64,000 nucleotides of DNA from Octopus sinensis (taxonomy: Eukaryota), in contig NC_042997.1 of the NCBI RefSeq assembly GCF_006345805.1, forward strand, positions 169,632,001 to 169,696,000, read 5' to 3'. A program made the translations under genes and the position numbers. Shown here in pieces: positions 27,751 to 38,578 of this stretch; positions within the stretch are counted from its first letter, which is position 1; each line of letters opens with the position of its first letter. The notes below the pieces were generated by a model. It was not told where the DNA came from, did not search any database, and saw only the letters and a list, made by a program, of their open reading frames with translations.

Positions 27751-28843
27751 CAGCTGGAGGCTTATTTCTAGATACATTCAAAGATAATTACATAAAGTAC
27801 AGGAACTGTACTACTGGGTGCACAGAAGGTAAAAAAATTGAAAGGAATAAAATAAAACAGCAGGTAGATGAAAGACAAAAGATGAACCAAAAGGGAACTT
27901 GAGTTCATAAGACACTAAACAATACATCTAGCCCAGTTTTAATACTCTGGGTCAACTTCAATGGAAGAAATTAAATAAAGACAGTAAAAATAAGGAAAAA
28001 TAACTACTACAATGGAATCAACCCTGGTACTTACTCTGTTTGTCTGTTTTGCCAAACCTCTAAGTTATAGGGATGTCAGCACACCAGCACCAGCACCAGT
28101 TGTCAAGTGGTGGCAGGATTTGAGTTGATGATTTCAGTCTGGTACTTATTTTATTGTTCACTATTTGTCAAATTACTAAGTTACACATTTTGACACAAGA
28201 TTCATTTTTACATGGGATAAACATAAATACAAACATGTTTATACTCAAACACATACACAGGATAAACTTCTTCAGAATCTCTGTCGGCCTAAAGACAAAC
28301 AGAAGATGCTGAAATACATGCACGCGCATGTACACAACTGCTACACATACACGTGTGTGTGTGTGTAGCAGGGTGGGTGGATGAATGTTTACATTCTGCA
28401 TCTTCATATGAAACCGTTTTAGCAACATGGTAATAAGTCTCTGTAACAAATCATCATTTAGCCCATATTAACATTGAAGAATACATGAAAATCAACTAAA
28501 TGCATATAATTACATATATTATCGTCTGTCCCATATTATGTTTCACTGAAGAGGTTCAGTAAAATAAGAGACTTATCTGAAGTTGTCACCATGCTGCTAA
28601 AAATCAGACTCAGTCACCATTGTGATCCATATTCAAGTTATTTTAGTTAATTAAAATTTTGGGATTTTCTTTGCCTTCTTTTAATGATAATTAGCCAGTC
28701 AGTTAGAGACTGGTTGCTCTCATCACTAAAGGAGCATTTGTAATGAATTAGTTTCATGACATATCAGGTATGTTTGTGAATGCTTAGCTTTCAATAGGCA
28801 CTCCTGAATATTTTCACCATTGTGTCAGTCTTTCTCTCTCTAC

Positions 28844-28901
<58 letters not shown>

Positions 28902-29127
28902 AAAATGATGTGTTTTGAAGTTTTGCATTCGGTAATCTTTTGTTTATTTTTAGTAGTTTTGACCGCATTGGTCCCTCTTAGCGTGTTGGTATCTACTAAT
29001 AGTAATACCCTCATTATAATATAAATGAATATTTTCAAAGAGGAAGAATTTACGGATTTTTTCTCTTACGAGGTTTTTCACGCTGACTACTGATAATTTC
29101 TTTTAAAGATTTTATCCTCAATTGTTA

Positions 29128-29193
<66 letters not shown>

Positions 29194-29236
29194 AAACAAG
29201 TCAAAATAGAAAATGCTAAAATAATTTTATAAAGAA

Positions 29237-29284
29237 CATTTCAGTACCGGTTTCGGTCATTTTGAGACCTTTTCAACTGTAACG
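29237..29284 (-). ncRNA. Minimal hammerhead ribozyme, U3-A8 variant (left arm)
   Basis: Minus strand reads CGTTACAG-TTGAAAA-GGTC-TCAAAAT-GACC-GAAA-CCGG-TA-CTGAAATG. Confidence 0.75.
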
Positions 29285-29989
29285 ATTAAATAATTAAATT
29301 TAGAAAAATTAGAAGAAAAGTTTTTTTAAAGGAATATTTGTATAGTAGTGTTCAAATATAAGTGGCATTCTGCCTTTCTCTGACTCCCTTGTTTGCACTT
29401 GTGTGTTCGAATTCTTGGTAGGGTAGAAGAAGAAGAAGGCTGAAGAGGAGAGGGGGTGGAAAAATTTGGGAGTGCCTTGATTGTTGTATTTTGAATGGTC
29501 AGTGACTGCTAGCAGTTGCAGTTCAATTCAGGAGAATATTTCTATTGAGAGATTTGTTTATGGAATTTGCTTAGGTGTTTTACTAAAAAGCAATAGTGAT
29601 AAAGTTAAGAGGTAGAAGGTGGAGCAGAAGAAGAAGAAGAAGAAGACTGCTCCACCTTCTACCTCTTAACTTTATCACTAATGCTTTTTAGTAAAACACC
29701 TAAGCAAATTCCATAAACAAATCTCTCAATAGAAATATTCTCCTGAATTGAACTGCAACTGCTAGCAGTCACTGACCATTCAAAATACAACAATCAAGGC
29801 ACTCCCAAATTTTTCCACCCCTTCTCCTCTTCAGCCTTCTTCTTCTTCTACCCTACCAAGAATTCGAACACACAAGTGCAAACAAGGGAGTCAGAGAAAG
29901 GCAGAATACCACTTATATTTGAACACTACTATACAAATATTCCTTTAAAAAAACTTTTCTTCTAATTTTTCTAAATTTAATTATTTAAT

Positions 29990-30037
29990 CGTTACAGTTG
30001 AAAAGGTCCCAAAATGACCGAAACCGGTACTGAAATG
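29990..30037 (+). ncRNA. Minimal hammerhead ribozyme, U3-A8 variant (right arm)
   Basis: Stem I CAG/CTG (extends through one A.A mismatch), core TTGAAAA 29998-30004, stem II GGTC/GACC, GAAA 30020-30023, palindromic stem III ACCGGT, GUA triplet with predicted cleavage after 30029. Confidence 0.75.
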
Positions 30038-30114
30038 TTCTTTATAAAATTATTTTAACATTTTCTATTTTGACTTGTTTTTTCATATATATCAACTCGT
30101 GTGTTCCTTTTCAC

Positions 30115-30153
<39 letters not shown>

Positions 30154-30156
<3 letters not shown>

Positions 30157-30549
30157 TCTTTTACTTGTTTCAGTCATTTGACTGTGGCCATGCTGGAGCA
30201 CCGCCTTTAGTCAAGCAACTCAACCCCGGGACTTATTCTTTGTAAGCCCAGTACTTATTCTATCGGTCTCTTTTGCCGAACTGCTAAGTGACGGGGACGT
30301 AAACACACCAGCATCAGTTGTCAAGCAATGCTAGGGGGACAAACACAGATACACAAACACATACACACACATATATATATATATACATATATACGACAGG
30401 CTTCTTTCAGTTTCTGTCTACCAAATCCACTCACAAGGCATTGGTCGGCCCGGGGCTATAGCAGAAGACACTTGCCCAAGATGCCACGCAGTGGGACTGA
30501 ACCCGGAACCATGTGGTTGGTTAGCAAGCTACTTACCACACAGCCACTC
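30154..30549 (-). mobile_element. Full-length young CORE-type SINE
   Basis: Complete head and tail with CpGs retained. Confidence 0.85.
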
Positions 30550-30561
30550 ATAATATATGTA

Positions 30562-30622
30562 AGGCCGACCAAAGCCTTGTGAGTGGATTTGGTAGACGGA
30601 AACTGAAAAGAAGCCCATCGTA

Positions 30623-30700
<78 letters not shown>

Positions 30701-30895
30701 TGTGTTTGTCCCCCTAGCATTGCTTGACAACCGATGCTGGTGTGTTTATGTCCCCGTTACTTAGCAGTTCGGAAAAAGAGACCAATAGCATAAGTACTGG
30801 GCTTACAAAAGAATAAGTCCCGGGGTCAAGTTGCTTGATTAAAGGCGGTGCTCCAGCATGGCCGCAGTCAAATGACTGAAAAGAGTAAAAGAGTA
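30562..30895 (+). mobile_element. Headless copy of the same SINE, inverted relative to 30154-30549
   Basis: Starts at aggccgaccaaagccttgtgag and ends gagtaaaagagta. Confidence 0.85.
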
Positions 30896-30896
30896 T

Positions 30897-32114
30897 ATTG
30901 GGAAGATAGTTTTTGTATGTGGCAGATGCTCGGGAGCATTAAACTCTGAAAATCTGCAGAAAACAACTTCCGTCACTTTCCAGGGAGAAAAACTAGAAGT
31001 AGTTGATAGCTTCCGTTATCTAGGTGACCAAGTAAGTTGTGGGGGTGGGTGCGTTGAAAGTGTAACTGCTAGAGTAAGATTAGCCTGGGCAAAGTTTAGG
31101 GAGCTCTTACCCCTGCTGGTGACTAAAGGCCTCTCGCACAGAGTAAAATGGCAGACTGTATGATGCATGTGTACGAACAGCCATGCTACATGGCAGTGAA
31201 ACATGGGCCGTGACTGCTGAGGACATGCGTAAGCTCGCGAGGAATGAAGCCAGTATGCTCTGATGGATGTGTAATGTCAGTGTGCATACTCGACAGAGCG
31301 TTAGTACCTTGAGAGAAATGTTGGACCTAAGAAGCATCAGTTGTGGTGTGCAAGAGAGATGATTGCGCTGGTATGGTCATGTGGCAAGAATGGATGAAGA
31401 TAGGTGTGTGAAAAAGTGCCAATCCCTAGCAGTTGAGGGAACCTGTGGAAGGGGTAGACCCAGGAAAACCTGGGATGAGGTGGTGAAGCACGACCATCGA
31501 ACTTTAGGCCTCACTGAGGAAATGACCAGCGACCGAGACCTTTGGAAATATGCTGTATGTGAGAAGACCAGGCAGGACAAGTGAGTCCAGCCCACTTATG
31601 CATGCCTTTCCTCCCTTGGACACACAAAAACCTGTTGAGGCAAGCAAAGTCGATATCGAACCTCATCCGACGACAGGCACCCATGCCAACCCTCCTTTGC
31701 TTGCGAAGACCTGTTGGGGCAAGTGAAATCGAAATCGGAATCGAAATTGAACCAATCCTATGACTGGCACCCGGCAGATGCCAGGACCCCTGGACTGGTG
31801 GTACATAAAAAGCACTATCCGAATCGTGGCCGATGCCAGAGCCCCCTCGACTGGCTTCCATGCCGGTGGCACGTAAAATGCACCAATCCAACCGTGGCCG
31901 TTGCCAGCCTCGCCTGGCACCTGTGCAGGTGGCACGTAAAAAGCACCCACTACACTCACAGAGTGGTTGGCGTTAGGAAGGGCATCCAGCTGTAGAAACA
32001 TTGCCAGATAAGACTGGAGCCTGGTGCAGCCTTCTGGCTTCCCAGATCCCCGGTCGAACCGTCCAACCCATGCTAGCATGGAGAACGGACGTTAAACGAT
32101 GATGATGATGATGA

Positions 32115-32118
<4 letters not shown>
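30897..32118 (+). mobile_element. RTE-clade LINE, 5'-truncated
   Basis: Encodes RWYGHVARMDEDR...GRGRPRKTWDEVV (RTE C-terminal domain) with upstream in-frame stops, followed by a 3' UTR and (GAT)n tail. Confidence 0.9.
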
Positions 32119-32156
<38 letters not shown>

Positions 32157-32199
32157 GTGTGTGCATGTATATGTATACATATATACACATACACATATA

Positions 32200-32425
32200 T
32201 TTCTGGTCATTTCAAAATATAACCACATGTGAATCGTTAGCATTTTTTTCTCCATCTTCCTTTTCTCTTGCACTTTCCTCTGTCACCTGTTTCTGAAGAA
32301 GAACTTTGCTTGAAATGTAAAACCACATTTCTTTCTTTCCCTGACTATCTGCTAATACTTTACATGTACCATGTCCCTCTGCGTTGTTTTCTTTTTGTGT
32401 TTGTTCTTCATTTTTTTGGATTTAC

Positions 32426-32428
<3 letters not shown>
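32200..32428 (+). mobile_element. Short non-coding element with a decayed hammerhead at 32289-32323
   Basis: GTTT-CTGAAGA-A-GAAC-TTT-GCTT-GAAA-TGTA-AAAC. Bounded by microsatellites. Confidence 0.55.
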
Positions 32429-32461
<33 letters not shown>

Positions 32462-32464
<3 letters not shown>

Positions 32465-35436
32465 AAAAAAGGAGATGTCGAACACGAGTGGTGATATATA
32501 AAAAAGGAAATGAAGAAAATGCTGACAAATAATTGAAGTAATTTAAGTAATTTAATTAGGTGAAAGTTCTTTTTACCGGTTGCGCATTTGTTATGCTTAT
32601 CAAAATATAAAAGAGAGATTAGAGTCTGTCTCTTATATGTGAAAAAAAGAGGCTCCAGAGTTGTTTTGGATTTGCTTGGTTTCGCGCCTAAAATTTTGAT
32701 TGGTCATTATGAAGGGGTCACGTGAATGTTTGAATGGAAGTTGGTGTTGGGGTAAGAAAAAAGGCTCCAGAGAAGTTAAAATTTGGCTAGTGTCCCGCCT
32801 AAAATTTCTTTTTGGCCATAATAAAGAGGTCACATGAATGTTTAGAATTTTCGAAAATAGTGTTGTTGAAAATTCTTATTGTTCAGGCTGGTCAGTAGAC
32901 GTCATGTGGATATTTTAAATAGCTTTTTAGCGCTTAGTTAGGGAGTGTATTTTCCGCTTGACTGGATAAGTAAGTTCGTTTAGAACAGGGAGAGCTGTAT
33001 GTATGTATGTGTGTGCGCGCGCGCGCGTGTGTGTGTTTATATGCATGTTGGGGCGCGCGCGCGTGTATATATGTGTATGTGTGTGGGTACAATTTTCAAT
33101 ATTTATAGTTCTGCTGGCCTTGTGCCTGTATCGGGAAGCAACGTATTTGTGTGAAGTCAATATTTACAGCCATTTCCAAAAAATAGTGTTGGATGTTTTG
33201 CACCCGTATTCAATTATGTGTATGTGTGGAACCATATATTTGTGTGTGTCATGGTGTTAATATCTGGGTAAAGGTGTGTGTAGGGTGTGTGCAGGTGTAA
33301 GTGTGTTTGTTGTGGGTTCGTGTTAGGGGCATGTGTTTAGAAGTGGTCTGTATTTATTAATAAGGTGGGATTCCATGGTTATTCGCTGGGTATGAGTGGC
33401 ATTGTCTTTAAATTTGTAGAGGGGAAAGATTCTAAAATTGGGATGGAGTTGTGCGGCACAGGTATCAATATGTGCACTAAATGCTATTTTTCTATATTCC
33501 TGTATTTTTATTTGGGATCTGTGGACAGTCATGCGTTGGCGGAGGCTATTTTTTGTTTGGCCTATGTAGTGTTCATTACAGCCCGAGCAAGTTAAGACAT
33601 ATACTAGGTTTTCTGATGCGCATGTGAAGTTGTGTTTTACTGTGAAACGTTGTCCTTGTTTAAAAAGGAATTCCGGACCTTCTATTAGGTTGATGCATAT
33701 ACCACAGTTGGGTCTATTGCATTTGTTTACTGTGGGTTTAGTTGTTGTGGTTGGCAGTACTTTGGCATTTGTTAGGATGGTTTTCAATGATTTGGGTTGC
33801 CTTTTGCTCTTTATGATTTCGTGTGTTAGGAGGATTTGGTTCATTCTATGGTCCTTTTGTAATACAGGAATGTTCTGGAGGATGGTGTCAAAAGCTTCAT
33901 TGTTGAGGGGGTTGTGTGTAGAGATGTATGGTAGAGTGTGGGGTTTCGATGTAACAGGTTTAGGGTGTCTAAGTTCCTGCGTGCTGAGTTTTAGGGCGCG
34001 TTGGATCCCATTGTCAATTAGTGACGTGGGGTAATCCCTGCTTGTTAATGTGCCCTTGAGTTCTTGTAGACGTAAGAGACGGGTGTTTTTATTGGAGACT
34101 ATAGTGCAAATTCTCTTGGCTAAGTTGTAGGGAATGTTAATTTTAACGTGTCTAGGGTGGCATGAATTGAAAGGGAGGTATTGCTTGGAGTCTGTGGGCT
34201 TGTAGTATATGTCTGTTTCTATTTTTTTGTTGTGAATTTTAATGAGGATGTCGAGGAAGGGAATTTGTTGAGGGCTGTATTCCATTGTGAAAATAATGTT
34301 TGTGTTGAGCCCATTTATAAGAGTGTGAAATTCGTTAAGCTTCTCGACGGTTTCGGGCCAAAGGATGAAGCAGTCATCAAGATATCTCTTCCAGTTCTTT
34401 TCTATGTGTGTGTGGAGAGTGGTGCCAAATTGGTTAAGAACGTTATTATAGAGGGTGATTTCCAGGTATCCCATGACTAAGTTGGCGTAAGTGGGAGCTG
34501 TTTTCGTTCCCATTGCCGTCCCTGATTTCTGTCTGTAGAATTTGTTGTTGAAGGTGAAGAAATTATTCTCTAAGATGAATTTGAGTCCTTCTAAAATAAA
34601 TTCCTTTTTGATGCGGTGTGGGAGTTCGTTGGAGTAATTATCCAGCCAGAATTGGATAGCTTCTATTCCTAGGTTGTGGGGGATGTTGGAGTAAAGATTG
34701 ACTACATCGAATGTTACTAGCAGGGTTTGTTCAGCAAGAAGTGTATTGGGGAGGTGGTTGAGCATATCTAGATCGTCCCTTATGTAGCTTTTAATGTGTT
34801 TGAGGAACGGCTTGAGAAGGGTATCAATGAAGTTGCTAAGGCGGTGGGTTTCGCAAGCGGGACCTGCTATTATAGGTCTCAATTTGAGGTCATTTGGTGA
34901 GGGGACATTGATTACAGAGTTTGTGGCTTCCTTGCATGCCTTACTTATTAATTCGCTTTTATGAATTTTGGGAATACCGTAGAAGAGGCTGGTTTTACTA
35001 GTGAAATTTGTGATGAAGTTGAATTCTTTGTTAGTGAGTTCTTCTTTGTGGGGGTTGATCAGGGTTTTTAAGTTTCTCATAATTTTCTGTTGATTGTAGT
35101 GTTCAGCCTTTTCGTAATATGTTCCATTTTCCAAGGTGGAGAGTGCTAAGTTGATATAGTATTCTGTCTCCATTAAGACTACTGCACTTCCTTTATCGGC
35201 CTCTTTAATGGTGATAGATCTTTCATTTTTTAATTTGTTTAATTCTTCCCACTCTTTCTTGTTGAGGTTTGGTTTGGGTTTTGGTTTGTGTAAGTGTTGG
35301 TAGGGGAAGTTTGTAATGTGCTCACAGAATTCGTCTAGGATTTTATTTCTACCTTTTCGTGGGGTGTAGTTGCTTTTATTTCTAGCTAGTGACTCATCCT
35401 CATTGTGCTGGTCGAATAGTTCCTCACTAAGTCGCA

Positions 35437-35442
<6 letters not shown>
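32462..35442 (-). mobile_element. Penelope-like retroelement (Neptune-like architecture), 5'-truncated, inserted in (TA)n
   Basis: Contains the ORF below plus an ~860-bp 3' region; both ends abut (TA)n. Confidence 0.9.
33323..35437 (-). CDS. PLE reverse transcriptase plus GIY-YIG endonuclease (704-codon open frame, lacks its native N-terminus)
   Basis: Motifs FYGIPKIHK, RPII, TFDVVNLYSNIP, GTAMGTKTAP, RYLDDCF, PFLDI and SCHP; Cys linker CNRPNCGIC; GIY-YIG-like VYVLTCSGCNEHYIGQT...RQRMTVH. The frame begins at TTG next to the TA run. Confidence 0.95.
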
Positions 35443-35467
<25 letters not shown>

Positions 35468-35468
<1 letters not shown>

Positions 35469-35659
35469 TTGCCATGATAGATCAGTAGCCACTACACATG
35501 TTTTTATTCTCTCTTTTCTTTCTGTGTTCCTTTCTGTGGAAGAGCGTAGGCTCAAAACATTAAAGACTTTTTCAATTCCCGAGCGTTATACTAATACATC
35601 TGTTTGTTTTCTACACCACCTGTCTTTGTCTTTTGTTGTTTTTTTGTGAATTCTACCCC
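35468..35659 (+). mobile_element. Short non-coding element with a hammerhead-like motif at 35530-35565
   Basis: CTTT-CTGTGGA-A-GAGC-GTAG-GCTC-AAAA-CATT-AAAG. Stems I and II pair perfectly; the two G-to-A changes are at CpG positions. Bounded by (TA)n. Confidence 0.6.
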
Positions 35660-36609
35660 ATATATATATATATATACACACACACACACGCACACACACA
35701 CACACACACACACCACACACACACATACATGAGGCAGTGCTGAAAAATCCTTGGCTTTGGGTAAAAGAAAATACAGGAGGATGAGTTAATTATGATTTCA
35801 ATTAACATATTCCCCTCTCAGATTCACACTTATTGCAGCGGTCCTTCAGTTTTTCTAAACTGTATAAAAAGAACTCAGATGGTTTTATATATTTTTACTT
35901 TATTATGTTTGTTTGTTATTTTGAGCTGATACATAAGGATGTTAAAGAAGTAGTGATTATTCAAGGGATACAATTCAGTGTCTGAACAATTACAGTTATC
36001 TCTTCTTCATTGATTTGTTCTGTTTGTCCTGTCTTGAAAGAGTCTGTGTTTATGCAGGGGAATGATTTTTCTTATAGAAATGTTTATAGAATTACTGGCT
36101 TTCATATCCTCGCCAATGAATACTTGTTGTCTTTGTGGAAATGTTGCTGAGCTACAATATCAAATTGGATAATTTTGCATTGATTTTTAACCCTCAATCT
36201 TCTTGAATCATCAACATTAGGGGTTTTTCATATGTTTTAGTTTCATGAAGGACTTTTTCTTTTGTGTTAAGGTGGATGGATGGATTTGACTCTACTGTTT
36301 TTAGCTGACAACATTTAGTTCTCTGAATTAATAAGTTTCTATATTTTAGCCTACTATTTAAATTCATACCTTTGAGTGTAGTGTAGGCACTTCCCTTGAC
36401 TATGCTGTTAACTTGAGTTTAGATGTTATTTATTGTGCATTAATGCCACTGTATATATATAATTGTTATTTTATAGGTTTTTTCTTATGTCAGTTCATTT
36501 TATTGTTCAGTTCATCTGCCTATGTGGTCAGGTATTTATCTTTTCCTTATTTCAAAATGAAATTGACTGTGCTTTCTCTTTGATTATGTTGTGAGTATCA
36601 TATAATATA

Positions 36610-37007
36610 TACTCTTTTACTCTTTTACTTGTTTCAGTCATTTGACTGTGGCCATGCTGGAGCACCGCCTCTAGTCGAGCAAATCGACCCCAGGACTTAT
36701 TCTTTGTAAGCCCAGTACTTATTCTATCGGTCTCTTTTGCCGAACCACTAAGTGACGGCGACATAAACACACCAGCATCGGTTGTCAAGCAATGCTAGGG
36801 GGACGAACACAGACACACAAACATACACACACATACATATATACGACGGGCTTCTTTCAGTTTCCGTCTACCAAATCCACTCACAAGGCTTTGGTCGGCC
36901 CGAGGCTATAGTAGAAGACACTTGCCCAAGGTGCCACACAGTGGGACTGAACCCGGAACCATGTGGTTGGTAAGCAGGCTACTTACCACACAGCCACTCC
37001 TGCACCT
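36610..37007 (-). mobile_element. Full-length young CORE-type SINE
   Basis: tRNA-like head, ACCTTGGGCAAG core and (GAGTAAAA)n tail. Confidence 0.9.
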
Positions 37008-37309
37008 ATATTTATATATATATATATATAGGTCTATATATTTTGGTGGATATTCCTCTGTGTGTATGTTTTGTTTTGTAATAGACATATGATGATTTCA
37101 ATGCTGTAGTTAGTCTAATAGTAGTATTTTTATTACCATGCCACATAATTCCTTACTCTGCATGCATTTTATTATGCTTTTGACTTTTTTGAAGAGAAGT
37201 TTGGTATAGTTTCCTTGGTCTTATGAGAGTTTTGCTTATTGTGTTTGGTATGTTTATTTACTTCATCTATTTTTTTACTCTAGATTACTTGAGGATGTTA
37301 AAGAATTAG

Positions 37310-37528
37310 CCCTTTAGTGTTCAGATTATTCTATCAAACATAATGCTTATTGATTCCCATTGATTCGAATTAATCATGCATTATCTCATATCTTCAAGAT
37401 CTTGATCGTGTAATTACTTAATATAGAATAACATTGTAGGGTAGGTGTGAGAGTCTGGATCTGGTCAGTTTGAACATAAAACAGATTAACTATTTTGGCC
37501 GGATATGGCCTGTTTAAATACTAAAGGG
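37310..37528. mobile_element. piggyBac-like MITE
   Basis: ttag-CCCTTTAGT...ACTAAAGGG-TTAA: CCC/GGG ends with a TTAA-type target. Three copies in the window. Confidence 0.7.
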
Positions 37529-37805
37529 TTAAAGAATGAGGAGTATTGGCACTGGCACCCTTCATCACACAATATTAATTAAAATAATTTTATATTGTCA
37601 GTTGTTACAACATATGTTGAAATGACTCTACTTGGAGAACTAAATCAAGTCACTTGCTACCATTCACTGTATGTGTTAGAATAACATGAATGAATCACAA
37701 GTATTGTTTGTATGTGTCTCCACAACAAACCATTTGCATCCGTTTGAAATAGCTACCGAATCTTGCTCAAATCACACCCTACTGTCTCATACAAATAAGC
37801 TGACA

Positions 37806-38198
37806 TAGGCGCAGGAGTGGCTGTGTGGTAAGTAGCTTGCTAACCAACCACATGGTTCCGGGTTCAGTCCCACTGCGTGGCATCTTGGGCAAGTGTCTTC
37901 TGCTATAGCCCCGGGCCGACCAATGCCTTGTGAGTGGATTTGGTAGACGGAAACTGAAAGAAGCCTGTCGTATATATGTATATATATATGTATGTTTGTG
38001 TGGCTGTGTTTGTCCCCCCAGCATTGCTTGACAACCGATGCTGGTGTATTTACGTCTCCGTCACTTAGCGGTTCGGCAAAAAGAGACCAATAGAATAAGT
38101 ACTGGGCTTACAAAGAATAAGTCCCGGGGTCAATTTGCTCGACTAAAGGCGGTGCTCCAGCATGGCCACAGTCAAATGACTGAAACGAGTAAAAGAGT
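37806..38198 (+). mobile_element. Full-length young CORE-type SINE
   Basis: ggcgcaggagtggctgtgtggt head, ggttcagtcc B box and complete tail. Confidence 0.9.
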
Positions 38199-38578
38199 GA
38201 CAGTGGAGTCCCCATGTTTCAGGTAGATTTTAAAAGTTATGCAATCAAATGTCTCTTAAATCACATGCAATAGTATCACTGTGCACACACACACACACAC
38301 ACTATGAGTTTTCACTAACACTCACTTGCAGTAACAAGTGACAGCTACTGAAAAGTCATTTGTTCTGCTAAAAAAGGCAACCAAATCTTTCTCAAATTAC
38401 AGTCATAAAAAAGGAATCTTTGTACAATCTAGTTCTTGCTATATTAAAACAAAAATGACAAGATCTTCGCAGTTGGAACAGTTTTTATTGTTGGTCTGCC
38501 TAATCAGAGCTAACCATGAGATATGCAACAATAATTAAGGGAGCCTTTAGCTAGTAACCAACAACTGGGTATCTGAGT

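Larger units (their letters stand above)
29190..30084. repeat. Near-perfect palindrome: 438-bp arms around a 19-nt (AAG)n spacer, PLE inverted-pLTR-like
   Basis: 29190-29627 is the reverse complement of 29647-30084 with about 5 mismatches counted by eye. Embedded between (TA)n runs. Confidence 0.95.
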
